A DNA stretch of 64,000 nt, taken from Fistulifera solaris. Taxonomy: Eukaryota. Both the position numbers and the translations under genes were made by a program. Under the pieces are notes generated by a model, which saw nothing but the letters and a program-made list of their open reading frames with translations, searched no databases and was not told where the DNA came from. Shown one piece after another: positions 36,844 to 48,987 of this stretch. Each line of letters starts with the position of its first letter. Positions within the stretch are counted from its first letter, which is position 1. Where the stretch lies: NCBI GenBank assembly GCA_030295235.1, contig AP026125.1:2170001-2234000 (forward strand), read 5' to 3'.

Positions 36844-39158
36844 TTATGCAAATTTGTACAGGTTCACAACACCGATCTCACTGTCGGTTTTCCCCAACGT
36901 CCCAATACCGCCTAATGCAACAGTTAATCCATCCGACGTTATTGAGACTGAAGTACCTAGTCGAAGTCCATCGTATTCGCCAACGATGTTGCTACCTTGT
37001 TGACAGAATAGAATTCCCGCATCTCGATAAACCTGTACAACACCGGCCGGGCTGGCACTCGCAAATGTTCCGACTACATAGGGCGATCCCACAACGAGAT
37101 CCTTGCCATCCCCGCTAAGACTTACTATTTCTCCAAAGTCTTCATGATCTAAGCCCGTAATGGTGTCAAACCTGAGCCAGTCGGCGCCGTCAAAGTCATC
37201 AACAGTAACATATCCAGTATTTCCTTTAGCAGAAAGGGTTCCGACAGAAACTCTATCTCCAGCATTGTTGATGGAAACCGAATTTCCGTAAGCATCTCCC
37301 TTGCTGGAAGATGGAGGGAGAATGGTACTGCCTACCTGCACCCACTTATCTGCTTCAAACTCGAAGACCATGGCGTATTCCCCGCCCTTTGCTCCAACAA
37401 CAATAAAGCTCCCGTCTTGGTTAATGTCGACAGCTGAAAAATCGATTCTACATTAGGATTGTAATAGATAGAGTCAATGACATCACGCGAATACGCTTAC
37501 CTTCACCAAACAAGTCACCGTCATTTCCTGTTAGTTTTTGTCCAACTTGCTCTAAAGCAGATTTATCAGCGTTCGCGCGGAACACGTAAACAGAGTTATT
37601 GTCGACGCCACTGGTGATGATCGTCGAGCCGTCTGACGAAATAGCAACTTGCTGCCCGACGGCCTCCGTCAGAGCCTTGGTACTTATGCTCGAGACAACA
37701 GTGGCGTCCTTCAAAAGAAAAGCTCTACATACTCATCGGCAGCAACGGCCAGAGCACTTCCATCACCTGAAATCGCTACAGCTGAGCCGAACCCGATGCT
37801 TGCAGCTCGATCTCCAGAGATCATTTCCTGGAAAGCAACCGTTCCGTTCGTAATTGTATAAGTATCAGCCAGACCAGTGAGACTTCCATTTCCATCGCCT
37901 ACGTCATAATTAGGACCGCCGATAAGAAGCATAGATCCGTCGGTTGTCATGGAGACTCCTGCTCCGTAGTTCCCCCCAGCTTGGTCACCAACTATCGTTG
38001 ATACCGATGTCCAGGTTCCCTGTCCTACACCAACGCAAGTGCTACTTCTTGTTGCTACCGAAAGAGAAGTCGGCGCTGGTGTCGATGACGATTCGTTTTC
38101 AGCAACATTTCCGTCTACAATACTGGACGGTTGCAATGATGGTAGTTCCGACGTTGATGGAGCGCTGCTTATTGAAGGTGCGCTGCTGACGGATGGAGCG
38201 CTACTAACAGATGGTGCATTGGATGAATCGGCGGATGGGACATTGGTAATATCCTCGGCGGCGGAGGGTGCGCCAGTGGTATCATCATCGGCAGCCGATG
38301 GTGCACTGGTCGTCTCATCATCAACAGCGGATGGTGCATTCGTTGTATCGTCATCAGCAGCTGATGGAGCGACAGTTGTTTCATCGTCGATCGCAGCTGA
38401 CGGGGCATTGCTGGCATCTGCATCCACCGTGTTTGAGCTTGGAGCTTCGGATGCCGTCGTCGTACTTGAGCTTGGAGCTTGGGATGCTGTCGTGGTACTT
38501 GAACTTGGAGCTTGCGATGCTTCGACCGTGTTCGAGCTTGGAGCTTGGGATGTCGACGCAACTGGGGGCGGCGTCTCAGATCCTGCTACTGGAGCTGTGG
38601 TAGCGTCACTTGTGGTGGGTTGTGGAGAGGCGACTGGTTGAGGTGATATGGTAGGTGTTGTCGTTTCCTGGGAACTACTTGGAGCAACTGTAGCGCTCGG
38701 TGAAATAGTTTTTGTCCTTTCTCGCTCTTTCCCATGCCCATGGATCCCTTCCCCTTCCCCTTTCCTTTTCCTTTGCTTTTTTCGCTCTTGTCATGTCCCT
38801 TGCCTTTTCCTTTTCCTTTGCCTTTTCCTTTGCCCTTGCTATGGCTGTCGTCGCTGAAAAGGCCATTACTATGATGGTGACCCTTTCCCATACCCATTCT
38901 GCCCATACCTTTGCCACTGCTAGTCCCTTTGCCACTATGGCTACCTTTTCCTGATTCTCGATAAGGGTCTTCATGATGAAGGAGACTTAGCTTTTCGTCT
39001 CCGTGGGTAATGACTTCTTCCTGCACTGACTCGTGCTTCACATGTTGGAATCGCAAATTTCGTTCTTCATCTGCAAACAGTCCTCTGTCATGTTGTTGTT
39101 GTCGCGCTGAGCTTAAGCTCAACACGGAAAGGACGGCAATACTCACTCTCATCTTCAT
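36844..39158 (-). CDS. Secreted protein: Lys/Gly/His-rich N-terminus, TxAPS/Asp-rich linker, FG-GAP-like beta-propeller
   Basis: Signal peptide MKMRVSIAVLSVLSLSSA, EERNL, (KG)n tracts, linker repeats, and propeller repeats FGSAVAISGDGSALAV / FGEIVSLSGDGKDLVVGSP / LGTSVSITSDGLTVALG. Single-base frameshifts ~38710 and ~37712; intron near 37500-37448. Confidence 0.8.
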
Positions 39159-39572
39159 GGTTGAGGTGCACGCGTTTTTTTTGAACTCGAATGAAAGAAA
39201 AATGTGAAGAGCTCGTTTCCTTGTGACAGTCAACGGATGAAACAAATTCAAATTTTCGCGCAAATCGCCGTTGCGTTCTCTTATGTACAAGAGTTTCTTC
39301 CTTCCCTTTCTCTCTGCGATATAGTAAAGCTTAAAGTGGTACCCAACAGTGTCACATAGACATTTATACGGTTATCGAGTTCTGCAAATCCAATTTTGAT
39401 TCACAAGACTCCCATTTAGCTTCTAACGTACGAAATATCAATTTCCAAGTCGTTGACCTATGATGATGATGTAGGCTTACACCTACGTGTCCATGTCTTT
39501 GAAACAAAGCACCCTGTTTCCGAGTCTCCATGATCGATTGGATAGAGTTGGCCACTGCGAAACTATTTCGAC

Positions 39573-40529
39573 TTAAACCGTTCTGGCTATAACATTATCT
39601 TGTCCTTCCTTTTCTTCGGTGGCAGGTTCATGCCACTGAAAGGCTCGAAAATGATGATTTGTAGAAGGCAATGTATGTAAGGAGTAGTGCGTCAATGCAC
39701 CCAATTGAGGAGACTTATCTACAAAAAGGATACGCCTCACCCGACTGTGCAAAGCCGCCATCCCTTCAAATAGAGAAGGTTCTTGACATGTATACAGATC
39801 AAAGCCAGTACATAAATAGGAACCCGCTGATTGCGTTCGCTCTCTTCGACTGACATTTTGAATCGCATAAATGATATCAGTTTGCAACGGATTGTTAATT
39901 GTATTGTTACTCAAGCATTGTTGCAATCGTCGCTCGACACTAGCCCTTCCGACAACAATGCCCGACGCAGGATCCAGTACTACAATATCCTTTTCCGATA
40001 TTACGTGCTGAATAGTTTTCTCCATCAAGATAATTTCGTCAGGACTGAGGCGTCTAGCTTCTTGCTCTTGTTCGATAGCTAGGTAGCTGACTTTCTTGGT
40101 AGGCCACTTCTCATTCATTCGATTCCACTCAAATTCTGAAATTGGGGGTCGTCTGGGAACATGTACGCGTTGTACTGTGTATTGCTGTGAGCAAAGTTCA
40201 ATTAAGCTTTGACACTCCGAGTGGATTGTTCCTATCAGCACGAGTCTCTGTTCCGTCACCTTTTGACGTTTGAGAACATCACCGTCATGACGTGAAACGA
40301 TAGGTAGACATTTCACTCGTTTTAAGTGCTGCAGTTCCGTGTCTTGTTGATTTTGTATTTGCCGAATGAGCGGGCCGCATAGTTTGGGCTCCACTTGTAC
40401 CGCAAACGCCTCAACAAACAGATCGTCATGGTTGCCATTGTCTTCCTTCGCGGACCCATTTTCGATCCTATCTTTCTGCAATTGCTTGTGCTTTGTTAAA
40501 ATTCCCGGCAGTATCTCCGTAAATGGCAT
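39573..40529 (-). CDS. TAD3: tRNA adenosine-34 deaminase subunit Tad3/ADAT3-like
   Basis: LQHLKRVK, VPRRPP, YLCTGFDLYTCQEP..MAALHSRVRRILF, LHTLPSTNHHFRAF. Confidence 0.82.
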   Translation of the reverse strand: MPFTEILPGILTKHKQLQKDRIENGSAKEDNGNHDDLFVEAFAVQVEPKLCGPLIRQIQNQQDTELQHLKRVKCLPIVSRHDGDVLKRQKVTEQRLVLIGTIHSECQSLIELCSQQYTVQRVHVPRRPPISEFEWNRMNEKWPTKKVSYLAIEQEQEARRLSPDEIILMEKTIQHVISEKDIVVLDPASGIVVGRASVERRLQQCLSNNTINNPLQTDIIYAIQNVSRRERTQSAGSYLCTGFDLYTCQEPSLFEGMAALHSRVRRILFVDKSPQLGALTHYSLHTLPSTNHHFRAFQWHEPATEEKEGQDNVIARTV

Positions 40530-40655
40530 ATTCCGGAGCAGTTGATGTTAATTATAAATAGAAAAAACAGGGAGTAAGCAAGATACAAGCCATTTACATC
40601 ATTGTGGATCGCATACGGCTGCTAAAAATTTGAAAGATGTACAACCCGCTCACAA

Positions 40656-40980
40656 TGTCCAAACCTTACGCGCATTGTACGTAGCCGCCGTAGGAAATTT
40701 ATCTCTGCAGGGGTACCCGGATATTGTGATTTTCACCATAATCCAATTCTTGGCTTTACGGTGCACAGATGTCAACGTTTTCTTGCGCACCGTATTTGCC
40801 TCGTAACAGAAAGCAATATGCGCATTCAACTTGAAAGCAAAACGTAGATGGAACGAGAAATGCAACGCATCGAATATCTACGTAATTTCACGTAGCTCTC
40901 GTAGGAATATTTATCGACATAGGGGAACCCGGATATCGTTCAATATTATTTTTCACACCGTTTTTCGCGTCTTTTGGACA
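40656..40980. mobile_element. Solo dispersed copy of the 429-bp repeat family with imperfect terminal inverted repeats (MITE-like)
   Basis: Collinear with unit 8530-8840; begins TGTCCAAAccttACGCG and ends CGCGTctTTTGGACA (inverted). Confidence 0.6.
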
Positions 40981-41318
40981 ACTGCTGTTACAGTTATAGC
41001 TTTTTGCCCTTCAGACTCATGCTTCTCACTTCAAAGCGAGTAAACGGAAAAGCTGAGCTTTAGGGTCTAGAAAAAATACGGCGTAGGTCTATTTTTTTAG
41101 CTTTAATGCGGTTTCGCACAATCGCTATGATTCGCGACTGAAATGAAGTCGTGGGAAAGTTTGTGGAATTCGGACGAACACCAGACCAAGAACGTTTATC
41201 ACCATCCACCTTTTTGTGTTGAAAGCGAGAATTGAGAATGTAAGGCGCCATTTTTTCTTTCTTTGTCTTTGATCTTCCAACTTCTGGGTATCAGTAAATA
41301 ATCACAAGTACGCAAACC

Positions 41319-42373
41319 ATGATGGACGTAGAAGAACAAGACTATGATAGTATGGAAGCAGAGACGACAAATCTCGAGCTTTCGAATGCAGCAACAACAA
41401 TTGACCCGTCAAATCGACCCTCTCGCATTTCACAATCCGTTTCCTTGCAGATGCAAGAAGGACACGATGAAGACGCCACAGAACAACCACATTTCCCCAA
41501 ATTAAATGCACTACAGTCCGCTGGAGGAAAGACGGAGTATCGTCGAGTTCGCTGTCCGCCTCATCGCTATACGCCTCTTCGTGATCATTGGGAACAAATT
41601 CTGACACCGCTGGTGGAATATTTGAAACTGCAGGTGCGTATGTGCGAGGCTCATACAGTAAAGATCACAAAGGTGACATTGTCATCAACTCGCACGCACT
41701 TCCAAAAGATGAACACAAATAGTCTGTCTGATTTTCTCGGCGATTGTGTTGTTCTTGCAACATCAAACCCATTTTCGTTGCAGGAAGCCTCAGTCGCTGA
41801 CGATGACAAACTCGCGGAATATTTCGCTGTCTGATGGAAACTACCGTGTTTGTGTGTTGATTCGCATTCACCAAAGGTCATTGTTGCTTTGATCGATAAT
41901 GTCTCATTTCTCACACGTTTCCCTCTAAATAGGTACGGTTCAATACCAAAACACGCAGTGTAGAAATGCGAACATCACCGCATACCATCGACACGGGTGC
42001 TTTGCAAAAGGAGCTGATTTTGTTTCTGCGTTCATGATGGGCTTTGAAGTACAAGATGCTGTGGCACTCTTACGTTTGGATGATTTGTACGTGGAATCAT
42101 TTCAAGTCACGGATGTGAAACTTCTGCGCGGAGATCACTTGAGTCGAGCCATTGGGCGAATTGCAGGCCAAGACGGAAAAACGCGATTTGCTATTGAAAA
42201 TGCCACACGCACCCGCATCGTTGTCGCCGATCAACGCATCCACTTGTTGGGTTCGTACGCCAATTTGCGTGTTGCACGAAATGCTATTTGTGATTTGATC
42301 TTGGGAGCTCCGCCAGGAAAAAGTATACAATAATATGCGCAATGTGGCCAAGCGAATGAGTGAGCGTTACTAA
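41319..42373 (+). CDS. PNO1: Pre-rRNA processing protein PNO1/Dim2, 2 exons
   Basis: [92 protein letters not shown]. Intron 41634-41932; homopolymer indels ~42008 and ~42320. Confidence 0.93.
41700..41839 (+). ncRNA. Intronic box C/D snoRNA (or scaRNA) candidate
   Basis: Terminal stem TTCCA/TGGAA; box C-like AAGATGA 41706; D' CTGA 41728; C' ACGATGA 41800; D CTGA 41831; long hairpin between D' and C'; host is a ribosome-biogenesis gene with an unusually long intron. Confidence 0.7.
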
Positions 42374-42859
42374 TGTCAAATTAATGATGACAATTGTGTT
42401 ATTGCTAGCTTTATGTTGTGTTAGCTGAGTCAGGGATCGATCAGGAAATACCATCGTCCTTGGTCCTTGCACTCTACCAAGTCCCCAAGTCTATCACGTA
42501 TCCACGCATCTCGCCTCTCATCACGCTTGATGCTTGATCGTGATTTTCTGATTTTGTACGTAGTCATGGTCGTGAAGTTTTCGTTTGAGAATCCGAAGGG
42601 CACGTTCTATATTACCGAGAATGACTGCAGTCACGTCATCCAATTCTACAAAACTGTACGTTCACGTGTCTGTGTGACAAGAGCATTGAACGATTGATAA
42701 AAATCCTTTCGAGATGAGTGAGTACATGAAGGGTCATCATCGCAGACTTCAAAACAACATTACCAAACTCTCTTCACAAAACAAAACCTCCGCGCCAATT
42801 ATCATAGCGAGGAAAACGATCATTCAATCTGCTATTTTCATATCGACCTAAAAGCAATC

Positions 42860-44275
42860 ATGATGAAACGAATTGTTGCTGTATGTACCGTTCTTTCGCT
42901 GCAAGTTGAGGCTGACATGAATCATATGCGCCGCTTAGCGCCCGCATCGGAGAATGATGCTTCATGCACGGATAATTGTGAAAAAGTCAATTCACGTCAA
43001 CTTTCCGAAGTGACATACTTTCCCGGAGACTTGACAGGAGGCTACCGTGCTGACTTGGGCTTAACGTTGTCGAAAGGATTGAATGGGAAGAGATTAACAA
43101 CGGGAGACAAGCCAGTTGCTTTAGCGAACGGCGGCGTCTCGTCCCAATTGTTTCATACACATGCCGACGGTGCATGCACTATTCCGAAAAGCAATGGAGA
43201 TGGCTGGTACTACGTTTCGAATAGCGAGGTGCGAGACGGACCCGTTGTCTCTTCATTTGCATGCGGAAGGCGTCGCCAATCCAACTCTGAAGGAATAGGA
43301 AACGGTGGTGTCGGTGCGATCGAATTCAATGCAGCTGGTGAAGTGGTAGGATACGAGCGTCTTTTATCAAAAACGTCAGCGAATTGCGGTGGGGGTCTTA
43401 CATATTGGGGAACATGGGTGTCTTGCGAAGAAAACGACCAAAGTGGTAGACTCTACGAAGTCGATCCCAACACTGGATTCACCCAACAGATACAAGCGGT
43501 CGACCGCGGTGGAAATTACGAGTCCTTTGCCTACGACAATCAAGATCCAGATGTTCCGGCTCGCTTTTTTTGTGGTACGTACATGAAATATGACAGACAA
43601 AGACAGTCGATTTCGTTCAAACAACTTACACCAGCCGTCAATAACCTTCGCCTTCATTAGACGGAAGACGTTAAAAACGGGGCTTTGATTCGATACACTC
43701 CCGCCGCTAGTGCTTTCACGACGGGCAACAACTACGATATTCTCAATAGTCCTGGTGGTACTTTCGAATATTTGGTTTTAAACGACAATGGTACCTATTC
43801 GTGGTCCACCAACCGGAGCGCCGGAGAACAATCTGCCGCTCGGTATTTTCCCTACACGGAAGGTATTGACGTTTTCAATCGTCAAATGTTCTTTGTGTCG
43901 AAAACCACCCGAACTTTGATACAGGTGGATTTAAGTGGCGACACTTATTCCATAACGTCGACCTTGTCGGGTCAATTCAATCTATATCCCGATCAACTCG
44001 GCCGCATCTTGGAGTCCTCCGGCGGCAATAATGATGTGTTGTATTTCTGTGAAGATGGTGGTAGCGACTCGGATATTCACGGTAGAGATGCGTCGGGGAA
44101 GTATTTTACGATTGTAGAAGGAACTGATTTTGATACGGAGACGACTGGTTTAGCCTTTTCACCCGATGCGATGTTTATGTATGTCGCGTTTCAAGACCCA
44201 TCCGCTATTTTTGCATTTTGGCGGGACGATGGATTACCTTTCTCCGGAACTGTAGCTGGAACTAAATATCATTAA
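42860..44275 (+). CDS. Secreted PhoX-family (DUF839) alkaline phosphatase, copy 1
   Basis: Signal peptide, HTHADG, WYYVSNSE, NCGGGLTYWGTWVSCEE, EGID, PDQLG, LYFCEDGG, ETTGLAFSPDAMFMYVAFQ; intron ~43576-43660. Confidence 0.88.
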
Positions 44276-44641
44276 TTGCTAGAGGGATTGTTTATAAAAG
44301 TTTGAATCAAAGCTTTAGCTAGAAGTTAAATCATCACAGTCCTCGTAGTGATTGAAAAGGTGACGGGTGACGCCCATAGTCCGATGTCCGAGGACATAAT
44401 TCTCTCGAAGAATGACCCCTCTTCACACTTAAAACCATACTAAAGTTTTCCCGGGTCTAAAAAAATAACGATGACACGATCCCTGCCAGTTATCATAGTT
44501 CGTTTTATGAAAACCAATTTTTACAACACGTGCACATTCTCATTTCTTTCCCCAAAGAAGCTTATCAAATCATTCCATAACACGTAAAAGAGGTTCAGCA
44601 CCCCGAAAGCTGACCCAATCAAGTCAACTGGCTCATGAATA

Positions 44642-46520
44642 ATGTTTACAAGCACAAAAGCGGCGCTTCTGTTGTTGTATTGTGTAAAATGGCTCGGTCA
44701 TCTTGTTGCTGCCGATATGAAATCACATGCTATTTGTATGCAACGGCGGCGGCTATGTAGATTGCGATGCCGACAATGATGGAGACCGAAGTTTGAATTG
44801 CGGTGGAACTGACTGCGATGATAATGATCCAAATGTTTTTCCAGATAGTCAGGAAATTTGTGGCGACGACAAAGACAACAATTGCGACGGTCAAATCGAT
44901 GAAGGATGTTTCGAACAGGGGGGATATTGTGTTCGTCATCAGATCGGCACAGCATGTCAAACCGACATGGATTGCGGGGGAATATGCTTACAGGGGTATA
45001 AGGCTGGCGCTGTATGTGCAGATGACTTGGATTGCCCTCCATATAACGGACTAGATCGTGGGTATTGTCGGTTCGCTGCTAAGTCATGCGATTCATCTCC
45101 AGCCGCCATTCCGGTTCCTCTTCCTACAACTACACCGTCACATGAGCCTTCGTCGAGGCCCATAGGAGCTCCATCTGCCGTGCCCTCTCACTTTCCGACG
45201 TCATCACCGGCTCCAAATCCAGTTCCGTCTTCGAAACCATCGAGCCAACCAACAGAATTACCCACTCCGAAACCTTCAGCGGCACCATCACCCGGTGTTC
45301 CTTCGTCCGTACCATCGTCAGCACCGACACGCGTCACATACGTTCCCGGTGATCTCACGGGTGGCTATCGTGCTGACTTGGGTTTGACATTGTCAAGAGG
45401 CTTGCAAGGTCGACGACTCACACTGGGCGGAAGCCGTGTTACTTTGGCAAATGGATCGCGCTCTACACAAACCTTTCATACGAAAGCAGATGGTGCAGGG
45501 GTTATTGCTAAGGCGAACGGAAATGGATGGTATTATGTATCGAATTCGGAAGTTGGTTCAAGCGGAGGAGGCGTGGGGGCCATAGAATTTAACGCCGCCG
45601 GAGAAGTGGTGGGATACAGACGGATATTGACAGGTACTTCTCGGAATTGCGGAGGTGGACGTACGTATTGGGGAACCTGGGTCACGTGCGAAGAAAACGG
45701 CGGGTCGGGACGTTTGTACGAAGTCGATCCGAACACAGGCTACACGCAACAGATCCGTGCCGTCGATGTGGGCGGAAATTGGGAGTCGTTTGCATACGAT
45801 GATCAGGATCCAGATGTACCGGCCCGTTTTTATATTGTAAGTCTTATGCGTCGTTGCATACAGTGCTGCAAATCGTTAGTGTTTTCTCATGCTTTCTTTA
45901 CAAAGACGGAGGATTGGAGTTACGGCGCTTTGGTGCGATACACACCCGCGCCAGCCGCATTCTTGACTGGTAACAGCTACGACATCCTCAACACCGCTGG
46001 TGGAACGTATGAGTTTTTGGTGTTGCACGCCAATGGTACCTATTCGTGGTCGCCGAGTCGATCGGTAGGAGAGACTTCGGCCGAAACGTATTACCCCAAC
46101 GCGGAAGGCATTGATATATTCAATCGACAAATGTTCTTTACCTCGAAAGCGACGAAAACATTGGTACAGGTCGATCTAGCGGGGAATACCTATTCCATTA
46201 CGTCGACATTGTCGGGACAATTTAATATGGAACCAGATCAATTGGGACGAATATTAGAGTCTGCGGGTGGCAACAACGACGTCTTATACTTCTGTGAAGA
46301 TGGTGGTAGCGACTCGGATATTCACGGAAGAGATGCTTCGGGGAAATATTTCACAATTGTGGAAGGTACCGATTACAGTACAGAGACTACAGGATTGACC
46401 TTTTCACCTGATGGGATGTTTCTGTATGTTGCCTTTCAAGGACCTTCATCGATTTTCGCGTTTTGGCGTGAAGATGGATTGCCTTTCTCCGGCATGATTG
46501 CCGGCACGAAATATCATTGA
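44642..46520 (+). CDS. PhoX-family alkaline phosphatase, copy 2, with an N-terminal Cys/Asp-rich module and Pro/Ser/Thr linker
   Basis: Same PhoX motifs; DCDDNDPNVFPDSQEICGDDKDNNCDGQIDEGC module; in-frame intron ~45837-45905. A signal-peptide-like start at 44642 is out of frame with ORF 44727, so the 5' end is uncertain. Confidence 0.85.
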
Positions 46521-47055
46521 CGAAGAGGCACAACTATAAACAATGGGCTGAATTCAGACTCGTGCTTCACTAGATAATTTCATATATATAGAGCGCTGTT
46601 AGGAAAATCTATTGATTGAACACCATAGTAAAAACATCGTGACTCATGACTGCAATTGCAGTCGTGGCAAACGTCGCCTACACATTAGGTCTATACTTTT
46701 CCACGAAGGAAGCGATCGGCAAGGAGTTTCGACGAATGTGATTGATATGTGCATTGCACACGATACTGATGATAATGATTCTATTGTAATACTCACAACT
46801 CTTGCCTTTCATCATTGCAGAACGAACGGAGATATCAATAGCAGTTCGTCTCGGAAAATTCATCCATGACAGAATTACCAGTCGTGGCAATGGTCGCCTA
46901 CACATCTCGTCTATAGTTCGGCAAGAAGACACCCAAGACCATGACGCGCGAGATCTCTTCTCTTTTGCTCTTTCGCCTTTGACACGCTTTTTCCGATGCA
47001 CACTCTTTCTTCTTTATTTTTTGGCTCCTAAAGTTAGAGAAACCTTTCGTCTGCA

Positions 47056-48045
47056 ATGATTCGATCCGCCTTGTCCTACCCAAGCAAAAAGAACTTGGTG
47101 CTGCAATGTCTGCGACGCATGTCTTCCTTAGTGAGCACGAGCGTTAGTGAAGTTCATCCCGGCGTCGCTCATGTAACGATGCACAGTCCTCCTGTCAATA
47201 GTTTATCCTTGTCATTGTAAGTAAGATCGTTAGATATATCACCTCGTGGATTGTATGTTGTGTGGCGATGAAGCTCCCACGAGTTGGAACTCAGCTTTCT
47301 CTCAACCTTCAAAACTCTCTTTCGTGTCGTCTATCAAATACTCTCTCGCCTCCACAGCTGCCAGGAGCTCTCGCAGAACTTACAAGTCATTCACAAAGAC
47401 AAATCAATTGATATTATTTTATTACAGTCGGATATTCCTGGTATTTTCTCAGCTGGACTTGATATTAAAGAATTTACACAACCGAAAGAGCGATTGATGG
47501 AGTTCTGGACGGCCTTTCAACAACTCTATATTGATTTATATGGTGCATCACAAACCACTATTGCCTGCATGGAAGGTTCCGCCCCGGCGGCGGGGTGCAT
47601 GTTGGCACTGTCTTGCGATTACCGTGTTATGACGAGTAACACCAAGGCCAAAATCGGATTGAACGAAAGTTTGTTGGGGATTGCCGCGCCTCCCTGGCTG
47701 GCGCAACAAATGATGGATACAGTAGGAAGTCGTGTGGCGGAATTGAGTTTGTGGCGGGGTACTTTGTATGCACCCGAACAAGCTTTGGCAATTGGCTTGG
47801 TGGATGAATTGCATGAGAATCCGCGAGAACGAGCACTCGAACTCGCTGTGGCCGAGTTTCAAAAGATTCCGCGACAGGCAAGGGCAGCGAGTAAAACATT
47901 GACGCGCCAGAAGCGATTGAAACACTTTCATCAAGAGCGACAAGCGGATTTGGAGCACTTTGTGAACTTTATCACGCAAGATGCGGTCCAAACACAATTG
48001 CGAGGGTATCTTCAGCAGCTGGCCGCGAAAAAGAACAAAAAGTAA
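47056..48045 (+). CDS. ECI1: Mitochondrial enoyl-CoA delta isomerase (crotonase superfamily), 2 exons
   Basis: Exon 1 MIRSALS...MHSPPVNSLSL; intron 47217-47357; IFSAGLDIKE, GSAPAAGCMLALSCDYRVM, IGLNESLLGIAAP. Confidence 0.88.
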
Positions 48046-48152
48046 ACTTGATACGGAGTAATAAAAGTACAAAGATCAAGTTAATAAATAAAAATGATTT
48101 GCTTATATTTGTGTGTATGAGTAAGCATGGTATCTTTTTTCTCGCTTTCGGT

Positions 48153-48987
48153 TTACTTCGAGTTTGACTTGGCCTTGAAAGTCGGGACGGGCTTGCGCTT
48201 GACACCTCGCTTTTCCATCTCCGCCTTGAACTGTTGAACATTACAGATCCCCGGAAAGAAATGAGGTTGTCCGTTTTGATAGCTATCAAAGGCAGCAAAC
48301 CATCTGTTCCATTTCCATTCTGGCGTCTCGGTCTCTTTGAAATAACAAATCACAGGGAATTGTTCACTAGGGAAGAAACCGTAGTTGATAATGGAATCAT
48401 ACTTCCAACGATTTCTGGTACCGGCAACATAGTTGTCTGGTTTAATTTCCAAACGCTGTAGGCCGGGACCCTTGAGATTGTAAAACTCAAAGGCATCCTT
48501 TTCAAAGACACAACGAACACGACGCGTTTGAACTCCCAATAGAGCGGCAAACAATAAGTGAAAGAGACCTCCGGAAACCCCAATAATCGAAGGACCTTCC
48601 GTGTAAGCTAATCAAATGAAACAAGCGAAATGAGATGAATGTCGTTTGAGTGCGTAAAAGCGTTCAGTTTGAATTGTTCGACTTACAAGGATGATACCAA
48701 ATGATGAGAGGGCACAAAAGCGCAACGCCGATCGTCAAGAAATAATCCGGCTCAATCATAACGTTGGGCATTGTGAGTCGTTCCATCCAACTTGGAGTGT
48801 ACGTGGCAACTGGCTTCGTTTGATGTTCGCCTTTGCGGGGAATGGCCTTGTCATACGGATCACTATTTGGCAGCAAAGAATTCGACACCGCTAACTGCGT
48901 CGTCGAGAGCGGAGCGATGCGGTTAGGCGAAAACGCCATTGCGGAGCCTGTAAACAGAAGAAAGGAGGCAGCAGTACAGGGCTTCAT
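48153..48987 (-). CDS. DUF3119-family plastid membrane protein, 2 exons
   Basis: Presequence MKPCTAASFLLFTGSAMA-FSP, NVMIEPDY, QTRRVRCVFEKDAFE, GTRNRWKYDSIINY, YFKETET, GQPHFFP; intron near 48687-48609. Confidence 0.75.

Noticed and set aside
38039..38641. 200-aa plus-strand ORF
   Set aside because: Antisense shadow of the TxAPS linker of the minus-strand secreted protein
43229..43291. Extra ~21-aa segment duplicating SNSE in PhoX copy 1, possibly an intron
   Set aside because: I could not find a frame-preserving GT-AG pair; left unresolved pending RNA-seq
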